From Candidatus Pacearchaeota archaeon (lineage in GTDB: Archaea > Nanobdellota > Nanobdellia > Pacearchaeales > GW2011-AR1), in the NCBI GenBank assembly GCA_017609695.1, contig JAFCDM010000016.1, positions 1 to 42,034 on the forward strand: DNA of 42,034 nucleotides, written 5' to 3'. Numbering within the stretch: position 1 is the first letter of the stretch; every line of letters starts with the position of its first letter. Shown here piece by piece: positions 33,576-41,996 of the stretch. The translations under genes and the position numbers were made by a program. The notes below the pieces were generated by a model. It had not been told where the DNA came from, searched no databases, and saw only the letters and a program-made list of their open reading frames with translations.

Positions 33576-34202
33576 TTATTTCTTCCCCTTTACTTTATCC
33601 GAGACACCTAATGGTTTCTTAGATACATCTTTCTTTGAATTAGCTGCTTTTTTAATTAAAGTTTTAGCTTTCTTTTTTTCTTCTTTAATCCAATCAAGTT
33701 TTCCTAATCCTGGTTGTCTCATTGTTAATCCAATTTTAGGGTCATCTCCCTTATAAGATAAAGCAACAATTCTTGCTAAACAAGCATCTCCTTTTTTTAA
33801 TATTTTTTTTGAATCTTTACCTAATAATGTTCCAGTAGTTGAGAAAGTTACATAATCATCCATTGTTTGACTTATATGAATCATTCCTTTCATAACTCCT
33901 AAATTCATAAATGCTCCAAAATTAGTTATTTCATTAACAATTGCAAAAACTAACTCTTGTAATTCTGGTTTCCAGACCAATAATTTAAACTTAGAATTAT
34001 AATATGCAGCCCCATCTCCTGGGATTATAATCCCATCTCCTACTTCTAAAACAGAAATTACCCCAATAACTTCTCCAATTTCTTTGTCATGATAATCTGC
34101 ATAAGTGTTCTGAAGTTGTTTTGCAACAGCGTCGCTAGTTTTAAGTCCAAATAACTTTGGTTCTACCCTAACATAATCTTCAACTTCAACTATATAGAAC
34201 AT
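33576..34202 (-). CDS. rpoE1: DNA-directed RNA polymerase subunit E' (Rpb7 homolog) with S1 domain and a Lys-rich tail
   Basis: MFYIVEVEDYVRVEPKLFG... N-terminal Rpb7 fold, followed by an S1-like region (GDACLARIVALSYKGDDPKIGLTMRQPGLG). Confidence 0.85.
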   Translation of the reverse strand: MFYIVEVEDYVRVEPKLFGLKTSDAVAKQLQNTYADYHDKEIGEVIGVISVLEVGDGIIIPGDGAAYYNSKFKLLVWKPELQELVFAIVNEITNFGAFMNLGVMKGMIHISQTMDDYVTFSTTGTLLGKDSKKILKKGDACLARIVALSYKGDDPKIGLTMRQPGLGKLDWIKEEKKKAKTLIKKAANSKKDVSKKPLGVSDKVKGKK

Positions 34203-34278
34203 GTTAAAAATATATGAAAAATTAGATTTATAAAACTTCCCTTTTCAGTTTTTTTCTTTTTTTAAGGATAATCCCTAA

Positions 34279-34476
34279 TTATGAAGGAAATAACCATAAA
34301 TAAATCCCAATTCCTGCTCCAATTACAATCAAAACAAGAATTAGCCATAACCACCATCTTGATTTCTTTTTTGGCTGAGCTAATTGCTCAGTTCCTGGTT
34401 TTTGTATTCCTGGCTTTCCTGTATTCATTGCATTGTGCACAGGTTTATGTGCTGGTTTGTGCATTGCTTGTTCCAT
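34279..34476 (-). CDS. Small single-TM protein
   Basis: GGAGTG SD 8 nt upstream. C-terminal TM WWLWLILVLIVIGAGIGIYLWLF. Preferred over the antisense ORF 34281-34559. Confidence 0.55.
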   Translation of the reverse strand: MEQAMHKPAHKPVHNAMNTGKPGIQKPGTEQLAQPKKKSRWWLWLILVLIVIGAGIGIYLWLFPS

Positions 34477-34596
34477 TTTTCACTCCTTTTTATGTAATTA
34501 ATAGACAAACCCCTTTTATAAAGATTTTTGTTTTTTGTTTGATATTAAAATTATCTTAAACATTAAGTTTATAAGGGTGTAGTATTATCAAAAATC

Positions 34597-35007
34597 ATGA
34601 CACCCAAAATAATTGAGATTGCAAACAGAATCCCCCTCCTATTTGAAACTGAAACGGGGATTTTTAGATTAGTTGAATCTATAGAAATTGGAGAGAAGAT
34701 TAACTTTCATTATATGGAAAAATCTGGAATTCATAGAATAGAAAGAGATATCATTGAATTTGTGAATCATAACCTAGAACTTTTGTTAGAAATTCAAAGT
34801 AGTGCTAGTATAGCAGGGGGGATTGAAACTATGCCTTATATTATTGAAAAATTAAGAGATTATCTTGAAATATCAAATAGTGATTATGTCGGGCTTAAAA
34901 CTTATGGGGGGAGGGCATGTGAATACTTGGCTACAGATGGGAATACTCACTATTTTAAAATGATGCCTAGGGGTTTTAGAAAAATTCCTTTGGATGATAG
35001 AATTTGA
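34597..35007 (+). CDS. Hypothetical protein
   Basis: 136-aa ORF. Confidence 0.5.
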   Translation: MTPKIIEIANRIPLLFETETGIFRLVESIEIGEKINFHYMEKSGIHRIERDIIEFVNHNLELLLEIQSSASIAGGIETMPYIIEKLRDYLEISNSDYVGLKTYGGRACEYLATDGNTHYFKMMPRGFRKIPLDDRI

Positions 35008-35009
35008 TA

Positions 35010-35387
35010 TTATTTAGTCAACATTAACTTCTTCCCTTTATTAATTAGGATAACTCTTCCAAGGATATGTCTCATTTCTCTATCTAAAGTGCAGACAATA
35101 TTTTTTGGATTTTCTTTAGATAAATTGATTATCCCTTCATCAACTGTTTTTCCCTTAGTTTTTACTTTTTTTATTTTATTGAATTCTAATAATTGCAATG
35201 CTAATCCTGATGCAGTTTTATCTTTTCCTTTTTTTGTTTTAATTTTTAATATTTCTAATTCTCTTATAACTGATGAAGGCACAACTAACTCAAATTCTTC
35301 ATTTAATAATTCTTTAATTTTTTCAACATAATCTAATTTATTTTTAGCACAATAAATTAAAAAATTTGTATCTAATATTACTTTCAT
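35010..35387 (-). CDS. PIN-domain protein, Fcf1/Utp24-like
   Basis: MKVILDTNFLIY...LVVPSSVIRELE...VDEGII...IVCTLDREM carries the acidic PIN residues in order. ATG at 35387; the ORF track starts at TTG 35405. Confidence 0.6.
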   Translation of the reverse strand: MKVILDTNFLIYCAKNKLDYVEKIKELLNEEFELVVPSSVIRELEILKIKTKKGKDKTASGLALQLLEFNKIKKVKTKGKTVDEGIINLSKENPKNIVCTLDREMRHILGRVILINKGKKLMLTK

Positions 35388-35437
35388 GATTTTAATAATT
35401 AACAAAGATTTAAATAATCTTCCTTATTTTTTGACTT

Positions 35438-35998
35438 ATGGAAGAGAGGCAGCATATTCTAAAAGTTTTGAAAGAGGTTAAATTTGGATTGGAAAAGAAA
35501 GATTATGTTAAAATTAAACACTTAAGTAATAAAGTTGTTCATCATTCCTCTATTCATCAAGACCCAGATGTTATTGCTATTGCAGTAATAATTTATGCAT
35601 TAAGTAAATTAATTGAAAGAGAGGATTATAAAGAAGAGAAAAATTGGATACCTTTTTATAAAAGTTATCTTGAAAACATAAATGATATGGTTGTTGCTTT
35701 AGAAAAAAAAGATATTAATAGGTTTCGTAGTGAGGTTGATTCAAATAGGAAATTAATTCAAAATCTTTCTGGAAATTTAAAGCATTTTATTGGAGATGTT
35801 TTTAGAAGAGCCAAGATAAATAAAGCATCAAAGATTTATGCTCATGGAATTTCTATGGAAAAAACAGCTAAAATTCTTGGGATTAGTTTATGGGAATTAA
35901 CAGAATATGCAGGCAGGGTAAGATTCAAGGGAGGGAATCTTGCTGTAACATTGCCGATTAAAGATAGAATTAAATATGTTGAGGAAATATTTAGATAA
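35438..35998 (+). CDS. Hypothetical protein with C-terminal HTH-like segment
   Basis: 186-aa ORF. ISMEKTAKILGISLWELTEYAG near the C-terminus. Confidence 0.5.
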   Translation: MEERQHILKVLKEVKFGLEKKDYVKIKHLSNKVVHHSSIHQDPDVIAIAVIIYALSKLIEREDYKEEKNWIPFYKSYLENINDMVVALEKKDINRFRSEVDSNRKLIQNLSGNLKHFIGDVFRRAKINKASKIYAHGISMEKTAKILGISLWELTEYAGRVRFKGGNLAVTLPIKDRIKYVEEIFR

Positions 35999-36104
35999 AA
36001 AAGGAGGAATGATAAAATACTAATATCTTACAAAATATGAATGGGGGCGAGTAGAAGATAAAGTTGCCTCTTGCATAACTTAAAATTTATTAGATTACTA
36101 GAAA

Positions 36105-36770
36105 ATGAAATATATAATATTTGATTCAGGGCCTTTGATTAATTTTTCAATGAATGGGGTTCTTTCTTTATTAAGTAAATTGAAAAAAGAATTCTCTGGA
36201 AAATTTCTAATAACACAAAGTGTAAAAACTGAAATAATGGACTATCCAGAAAGAGTAAAAAGATTTGAATTAGGGGCTTTACGATTAAAATCTTTATTTA
36301 ATAAAAAAGTTATAGAACTACCTAATTTAAGTCCTGCACAAAAACAAGAATTAAAAAAAGAATCACAAGAAATTATGAATCTTGCTAACTCTACATTTCA
36401 AACTAAAAGTAAAAATCTTAATTTAATTCACGAAGGAGAAGCCACAATTTTAGCTCTTGCCTCTATTTTAAAACAACCGAATGTTATTGCAGTTGATGAA
36501 AGAACAACAAGAATGCTATGTGAAAATCCTGAGAATTTAAGAAAACTACTTCAGAAAAAACTTAAATCTCCTGTTACATCAAATAAAAAAAATTATTCTT
36601 TTTTTAAAAAATTTAAAATAATCCGTTCAACTGAACTTGTTTATATGGCTCACAAAAAGAATCTTTTTGATTTAAAAGACCCAAAAGCATTTCAAGCCAT
36701 GCTTTATGCAATGAAATACAAAGGGTGTTCTATTTCTGAAGAAGAGATTAAACAAATAGCAAAGATGTGA
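36105..36770 (+). CDS. PIN-like nucleic-acid-binding protein (DUF3368/COG2405-like)
   Basis: MKYIIFDSGPLINF...ITQSVKTEI...HEGEATILALA...IAVDERTTR. Confidence 0.5.
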   Translation: MKYIIFDSGPLINFSMNGVLSLLSKLKKEFSGKFLITQSVKTEIMDYPERVKRFELGALRLKSLFNKKVIELPNLSPAQKQELKKESQEIMNLANSTFQTKSKNLNLIHEGEATILALASILKQPNVIAVDERTTRMLCENPENLRKLLQKKLKSPVTSNKKNYSFFKKFKIIRSTELVYMAHKKNLFDLKDPKAFQAMLYAMKYKGCSISEEEIKQIAKM

Positions 36771-36838
36771 AAACTTATCCTAATTTGGGGGTATGGTTTA
36801 ATAGAAAAATTTAAATATAGGCGTATCTTATTACAACT

Positions 36839-37894
36839 ATGAATTCTAAACAATTAGAATCAAGAAAAAGGGTAATTGAATATATAAAGAAAAATCCTAA
36901 GGCCACTTATAAAAAAATAAGAGAAGACCTTAAAACCCACCCTGAAAGAATATTTGAAAAAGGTATGGCTCAAGCTTATAAAGAAGCAGGAATTAAACCA
37001 CCAAGAACATTTGATAGAAAAACAAGGAAAGAGAGACAAAAAATAATAATAGACTTTATAAAGAAAAATCCTAAGGCCGGAGGGCATACCATCTCAAAAG
37101 AGGTTAAAATAAATATTAGTCGTGTTTTTAAAAATATTAAAGAAGCCTACAAAAAAGCAGGAATTGAGTATTCAAGAAAGAAGTCTTATGATAGACCCCC
37201 TGAAGAAAAAAGAAAAAAGATAATAGAATTAATTAGGAAAAATCCTTATCTAACTGTCCCAGAACTTACAATAAAATCAAGAGCTCATCCTTATCGGTTA
37301 TTTAAGAGTTTTGATGAAATTTATAAAAAAGCGGGAGTTAAAAAGATAAGTGAAGGAGAAAAAATAAAAAATAGAAAGAGAAAGGATGTAATTAATTTTA
37401 TAAGGAGAAATATTCTAGCAACTCAAAGAGAAATAAATAAAGTTTGTAATACCCATGTGCAGACAATTTTTAAAAAAGGGATATTTGAAGCCTATTGTGA
37501 GGCTGACATTAAATATCCTTTTGAAAGATTAAAATTTTATGGAACCGCTTTAAAAAAAATAAAGAAAAGGGCTAAAGATTTTGAAAATAAAATTGCCGTA
37601 ATATTATCTGGATATGGGAAGGTTAATCAACTGGTAAAAACAAAAAGGGGGATTGCAGATATAATTTTAGAGAGAAAAAATAAAAAAATAATAGTAGAAA
37701 TTAAGGATTACCAAAATAAAGATATTTCAATTTCTCAGGTAAAACAATTAAATAAATATATGGAAGATTGTAATACTGATATAGGTTTATTGATATGTCA
37801 TAGAAAACCAATAAAGGATAAGTTTTTAATAGGTAAAAATAAGATATTTATACTAGAGAAGCAAGAATTAAATAAAATTCCAGAAATTTGTTAA
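36839..37894 (+). CDS. Four tandem HTH-like repeats fused to a C-terminal PD-(D/E)xK nuclease-like domain
   Basis: Repeats: I.(Y/F)I(K/R)KNP..T...I......HP.R.FK....AYK.AGI, four times. C-terminus RGIADIILERKNKKIIVEIKDYQNKDIS. TATA 36810-36817 is spaced for a leaderless start. The stop abuts tRNA-Trp. Confidence 0.7.
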   Translation: MNSKQLESRKRVIEYIKKNPKATYKKIREDLKTHPERIFEKGMAQAYKEAGIKPPRTFDRKTRKERQKIIIDFIKKNPKAGGHTISKEVKINISRVFKNIKEAYKKAGIEYSRKKSYDRPPEEKRKKIIELIRKNPYLTVPELTIKSRAHPYRLFKSFDEIYKKAGVKKISEGEKIKNRKRKDVINFIRRNILATQREINKVCNTHVQTIFKKGIFEAYCEADIKYPFERLKFYGTALKKIKKRAKDFENKIAVILSGYGKVNQLVKTKRGIADIILERKNKKIIVEIKDYQNKDISISQVKQLNKYMEDCNTDIGLLICHRKPIKDKFLIGKNKIFILEKQELNKIPEIC

Positions 37895-37968
37895 GGGTTC
37901 GTAGTTCAACGGTTTTAGAATAGTCGCCTCCAGAGCGATTGATGAGGGTTCGACTCCCTCCGAGCCCA
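37895..37968 (+). tRNA. tRNA-Trp (anticodon CCA)
   Basis: GGGTTCG/CGAGCCC acceptor stem, anticodon arm GTCGC-CTCCAGA-GCGAT, T-arm GAGGG-TTCGACT-CCCTC. 74 nt. Confidence 0.9.
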
Positions 37969-38011
37969 TTTTTATATAAAAAATTATAAACTTTTATTTT
38001 TTTAACATCTT

Positions 38012-38386
38012 ATGAGAAAAGTTATTTATGCTGCAACTCCTTTTCGTATGAAAGATTTAAAAGAAAGAATATGTGATTTTATTCAAGAAAGGGGGCATTT
38101 TCCATTACATCCTTTTAACGCTCTCCCAATGTCAAGATATCGTTATAGTAATTTTACAAGGGAGGAAATAATGAGGGTTTGTTATGGGTTGGTAGAATTA
38201 AGTGATGAATTGTGGATTTTTGGATTAGGTTCTGGTTCTTTTGATGAATGGTTGAAAGCAAAGGATATAGAAATTCCAAGAAAATCTTTTGTTAAGGTTT
38301 TTGACCCAAAATGGGAAGAGTATTCTCAAAAAGTAAAATATAAATCAAGGTATCCGGGGCTATTAAAAGAAATTCTCACCCCATAA
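38012..38386 (+). CDS. Hypothetical protein (possibly nucleoside 2-deoxyribosyltransferase-like/DUF4406)
   Basis: 124-aa ORF. KVIYAATPF...ELSDELWIFG pattern. Weak by-eye similarity only. Confidence 0.4.
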   Translation: MRKVIYAATPFRMKDLKERICDFIQERGHFPLHPFNALPMSRYRYSNFTREEIMRVCYGLVELSDELWIFGLGSGSFDEWLKAKDIEIPRKSFVKVFDPKWEEYSQKVKYKSRYPGLLKEILTP

Positions 38387-38414
38387 CAATATTTATAAAT
38401 TCGTATTTCTTAAT

Positions 38415-38837
38415 ATGATTATGATAACAAAAAAAGCTTCAACACATCCAAAATCTACTAAGGGAATCCATAAAAGTAAAACACAGACTCGGTCTGATTT
38501 TGAACAAACTCTTTTAGATAATTTTATTAATCTACAAAAAGTTTTAACAAATCTTTCTATTAAATTTGATTCTCTTTCTGATCAAATTTCTAAACTTCTG
38601 GAACTATTTGAAATTTCAGCAAAAAGTTTTGCAGAAAAATCAGAAACAGATTTAGATATGTCTAAAACAGATGAAAAATCTATTGAAAAATTAGATTCTT
38701 TGCTTGACCAAAATAAGACTATTGCAAGGGGAATTATGTTAATGGAAGAAAGGATAAGAAATAAGAATCAAACCTCTTCATTACAAGAATCTAGATTAAA
38801 AAGAGGATTTAACACTAAACCTCTTCCAAAATTTTAA
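38415..38837 (+). CDS. Hypothetical coiled-coil protein
   Basis: 140-aa ORF. Confidence 0.5.
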   Translation: MIMITKKASTHPKSTKGIHKSKTQTRSDFEQTLLDNFINLQKVLTNLSIKFDSLSDQISKLLELFEISAKSFAEKSETDLDMSKTDEKSIEKLDSLLDQNKTIARGIMLMEERIRNKNQTSSLQESRLKRGFNTKPLPKF

Positions 38838-38863
38838 TTTTTATTATTTTGCTTAGATAAAAA

Positions 38864-39631
38864 ATGGGTTTAAAACAAATAAAAAGAAATAAAAGAATCT
38901 TTTTTCTAAAACAATTTACAGTAGAAATATTGAATAACTCAATTAGAGAAAAAGAACTTAAAAAGAAAATACAAATAGAAAAATTAAAACAAAAGTTTGT
39001 TGACAAGCCAGCACCTATAAAAATGACAAAAAGTTCTGTCCTTAATTTAGCAGATTACACTCCGAGTGTTAATGCAAAGGAAGATTTTAAAGAGATTTCT
39101 GGGGCTAAGAAAATTATTTCAAAAACAAGACTGACTAAAAATCCTTCAAGAATTTTAAATAGAGAACAAATTAATTATAGGATGAGGATTCCAAAAAAAA
39201 GACATATCCAAAGAATAAGAAAATTGCTTATGCCTAGAAAAAATAGAGAAATAAATAATAAATTGCCTCCAAAAACTAAATTATTAACTGACATAATGCC
39301 TGAAGCACAGAAAAGACCTGAGAATTTTGTTTTAGATGAAGTAGATTACTTATTAAAAGACCCTTCAATACAATCAATTGAATGTCCTGGGCCTGGAAAA
39401 AATCTCTTAGTTAAAAGATATAATCAAACAAATATAACAAAAACTATTTTAAATCAAGAAGAGATAACCCATCTTATTAATGTTTTTTCAAAACAAGCAA
39501 AAATTCCTGTTGTTGGGGGGATTTTAAAGGCAGCAGTAGGAGATTTAGTAATGTCTGCGATACTATCAGAATTTGTTGGTTCTAGATTTATAATAAATAA
39601 AATAAGTGCTTATTCTATGATTAAGGGTTGA
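38864..39631 (+). CDS. Protein resembling only the N-terminal domain of FlaI/PilB-type (T2SSE) secretion ATPases
   Basis: VDYLLKDPSIQSIECPGPGKNLLVKRYNQTNITKTILNQEEITHLINVFSKQAKIPVVGGILKAAVGDLVMSAILSEFVGSRFIINK. The ORF ends where the Walker A domain would begin, and a hairpin terminator follows. Confidence 0.45.
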   Translation: MGLKQIKRNKRIFFLKQFTVEILNNSIREKELKKKIQIEKLKQKFVDKPAPIKMTKSSVLNLADYTPSVNAKEDFKEISGAKKIISKTRLTKNPSRILNREQINYRMRIPKKRHIQRIRKLLMPRKNREINNKLPPKTKLLTDIMPEAQKRPENFVLDEVDYLLKDPSIQSIECPGPGKNLLVKRYNQTNITKTILNQEEITHLINVFSKQAKIPVVGGILKAAVGDLVMSAILSEFVGSRFIINKISAYSMIKG

Positions 39632-39641
39632 ATAAAAAGAG

Positions 39642-39675
39642 GGGAGAAGTAAAACTTCTCCCAATCCCCTTTTTG
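39642..39675 (+). terminator. Hairpin GGGAGAAG-TAAAA-CTTCTCCC followed by a T-tract
   Basis: 8-bp perfect stem at 39642-39662, then aatcccctttttg. Confidence 0.6.
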
Positions 39676-39841
39676 TAATTTTGAAAAGATTTTCCTTTTT
39701 TAAATGATTTAGGTGATTTAATGTTTATTTTACAAATCTGTTTTTCTAAACCCTATATTTTAAATCCTATTTTGGAAAGTATATATGGGGGATTTCGGGG
39801 CAAATAGAAAACCTTAAATCCTTGTTTTTATTTTATATTTT

Positions 39842-40132
39842 ATGCCAGATAAGAAAATTAATGTGATTACTAAATCCAAAATTAATAAGTATAGAAAATT
39901 AACTACAGAAGCTCTTGCTTTAGCTAAAAAAAATATAGCTAAGGGTAAGGAAAAACAAGCAAAAGAAATAATCTTAATGGTTGGATGTTATTTATCTGAT
40001 TCAATTCATTTTAAAGAAAAAGAGAATTTGGTTAATGCTTATGGTTGTTTAAATTATGCTCATGGCTGGCTAGATTGTGGTGCTCGCTTGAAAATATTTA
40101 ATGTTAAAGATAATAGGTTGTTTACAGTTTGA
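39842..40132 (+). CDS. DUF357-family protein
   Basis: CYLSDSIHFKEKENLVNAYGCLNYAHGWLDCGARL matches the YAHGWLD signature recalled for DUF357. Confidence 0.6.
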   Translation: MPDKKINVITKSKINKYRKLTTEALALAKKNIAKGKEKQAKEIILMVGCYLSDSIHFKEKENLVNAYGCLNYAHGWLDCGARLKIFNVKDNRLFTV

Positions 40133-40567
40133 TTAAGAATTTATGCTATGAACAATAGGAAGAACAATACAATTAAGAACACTATAAAAGGCTTTATCTT
40201 CATTTTTTGTTTGTAAATCTGCGGTTATGTGATAATCTCCATTACCATTTTCAAAAATAGTTAAATGCCCTAAATGTTCTTTATAAGTATTTCTCTTCTC
40301 TCTTAAATTTCCTAAGGATTCATCTTTCCAAAACCCTTTTTCTTTAATTCTTTTTATTTTATCAGTAAAATCTTCTCCAATTTTCTCAACTAAAATATCT
40401 AAGGTTTGATTATCTACTGAAAAATTAAATTTTACTCCAAAAATTTCATCAGAATTTTCAGAAAGTCTTTGAACTTGCCCTCTTTGATATCTTTTAGTAT
40501 CTAAATTATCTACTTTTGGATTTAGATGTTTTATCATCCTTCCTGCAAAATATTTTCCATCAATCAT
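40133..40567 (-). CDS. Hypothetical protein
   Basis: 144-aa ORF. Confidence 0.5.
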   Translation of the reverse strand: MIDGKYFAGRMIKHLNPKVDNLDTKRYQRGQVQRLSENSDEIFGVKFNFSVDNQTLDILVEKIGEDFTDKIKRIKEKGFWKDESLGNLREKRNTYKEHLGHLTIFENGNGDYHITADLQTKNEDKAFYSVLNCIVLPIVHSINS

Positions 40568-40656
40568 GTTTTTATATACAAAAACCCTTTAAAAACTATT
40601 ATTATACCCTAATACATATATCTAAAAACAGGAAAAAGATAATTTTAAATAAACAC

Positions 40657-40794
40657 AACCCTTTTTAGAAAAAAGGATTGAACCAAAAATTAACTTTTTA
40701 TGCAGAAAGTTAAATCAAAAGCTAAACCCTTTTTAGAAAAAAGGATTGAACCAAAAAGCTAAACCCTTTTTAGAAAAAAGGATTGAACCAAACC
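40657..40794. repeat. Three copies of a 33-nt hairpin-containing repeat (aaccctttttagaaaaaaggattgaaccaaaaa)
   Basis: Copies at 40657-40689, 40725-40757 and 40762-40794 (the last matches 31 of 33). Copies 2 and 3 are part of a 37-nt tandem unit. The core contains CCTTTTT-AG-AAAAAGG. Confidence 0.9.
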
Positions 40795-40851
40795 ATGATT
40801 TAAAATGAAAATAACCCTTTTAAAAAGGCTTAACCTAAACCAAGATTTAAA

Positions 40852-41061
40852 ATGAAAATAATAATGTTTTTACTGCTATTCCTTTTTGTTGGTGGGCTTT
40901 TCATAATCTCCAATCAAAACCTAAAATTAAATAATCCAGAGAATATTAATTTATTTTTTACAGAATATAAGGTATGGTTAAATGACTTAGTAGATAATAG
41001 TAAAACAGTTAGTGGTTTTCTTATAAAAATGGAATGGTTGCCTGAGGTAGAGAAGGTTTAG
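40852..41061 (+). CDS. Small N-terminal-TM protein
   Basis: MKIIMFLLLFLFVGGLFIIS... The start segment gatttaaaatgaaaata (40844-40860) is duplicated at 40797-40813. Confidence 0.5.
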   Translation: MKIIMFLLLFLFVGGLFIISNQNLKLNNPENINLFFTEYKVWLNDLVDNSKTVSGFLIKMEWLPEVEKV

Positions 41062-41183
41062 AGGGGAGATTATTTTTTCAATTTCCTTTTTATAGCTTCT
41101 AGAGAAATTGTTTTTCCTTGTTTTATTTCTTTTTTAGATTGCTCTATATTTCTTTTTGTCTCTTGAGAAAATTCCATCTTCAA

Positions 41184-41828
41184 TCAGAACCCTTCTCCAT
41201 TATTTTCTATAATTTGTTCGATTGCAATAGGCTGTTCGTAATTTGGAGTTTCATTTCTATTAGGAGTTAATGCATAAATTCCAGCCATTGTTGCTATTGA
41301 TGTTCCAACTAAAAGTGCGGCAAGTCCTTTTTTTACTGAAGATCTTTGTTTTTTAATTAAACTTGGATAAGATTTTCTTTCACATTTCTTTAATCCTGTT
41401 AAATCCCTGAAAACATCAACAGCATATCCCATTGGTCCCCCAGTAATTGCTGAAAAAGCCATTACAGCTCCAGTTCCTATAGTAATTTTTTTAATATCAG
41501 TTTCTCCAGAGGCAAGATAAATTAGAGGAGCAAAAACAAGATTCATAGTAGCAGTAAATGCTATGTCGTGACTATATTGGACTAATTCTTTTGTTCTATC
41601 ATTTATTTTAAATAATTTTTTTGAGAGGTCTCTACCTCTTGCAAAAACAAAACCCACACCTAAATAAGCTATTCCAGATGCTATTAATCTAGCATTTATG
41701 GAAATTCCATCAGACATTCTTGTAATAAGTGTCTCAGTCCCACTATAAATTGGATTAGATGCTGTAAGCAATGCTGTGGTATCCACTAGGTGATATTTCA
41801 ATCCTTCTCTGACTTTTCTAAAATTCAT
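41184..41828 (-). CDS. Membrane protein, AlaE (L-alanine exporter)-like
   Basis: HLVDTTALLTASNPIYS and GGPMGYAVDVFRDLTG resemble the N- and C-terminal conserved segments of AlaE. By-eye similarity only. Confidence 0.45.
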   Translation of the reverse strand: MNFRKVREGLKYHLVDTTALLTASNPIYSGTETLITRMSDGISINARLIASGIAYLGVGFVFARGRDLSKKLFKINDRTKELVQYSHDIAFTATMNLVFAPLIYLASGETDIKKITIGTGAVMAFSAITGGPMGYAVDVFRDLTGLKKCERKSYPSLIKKQRSSVKKGLAALLVGTSIATMAGIYALTPNRNETPNYEQPIAIEQIIENNGEGF

Positions 41829-41921
41829 TTTAATATTACTCAGAATTAACCTGAGATTTTCACCTCTATTTTTCTAAAAAAACCTTATTTATAAATCTTC
41901 TCTTTTTAAACTACCTTCAAA

Positions 41922-41996
41922 AGCCCCAACTGAGATTCGAACTCAGGACCTCAACATTACCAATGTTGCGCTCTACCAAAACTGAGCTATTGGGGC
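41922..41996 (-). tRNA. tRNA-Thr (anticodon GGU)
   Basis: GCCCCAA/TTGGGGC acceptor stem, anticodon arm CAACA-TTGGTAA-TGTTG, T-arm CTGAG-TTCGAAT-CTCAG. 75 nt. Confidence 0.9.

Noticed and set aside
34281-34559. 92-aa plus-strand ORF
   Set aside because: It is antisense to a 65-aa ORF that has a GGAGTG Shine-Dalgarno and a clean C-terminal TM. The plus-strand product is a low-complexity hydrophobic shadow.
40657-40794. Possible mini-CRISPR array (33-nt repeats)
   Set aside because: There are only three copies. Two are directly adjacent with no spacer, the spacings are 68 and 37 nt, and there are no cas genes in the window. This is better described as tandem or iterated repeats.
41073-41177. 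34-aa ORF (MEFSQETKRNIEQSKKEIKQGKTISLEAIKRKLKK) 6 nt downstream of the AlaE-like gene
   Set aside because: It resembles short antitoxin-like tails, but it is too short, has no SD and has no partner gene. Not supportable from sequence alone.
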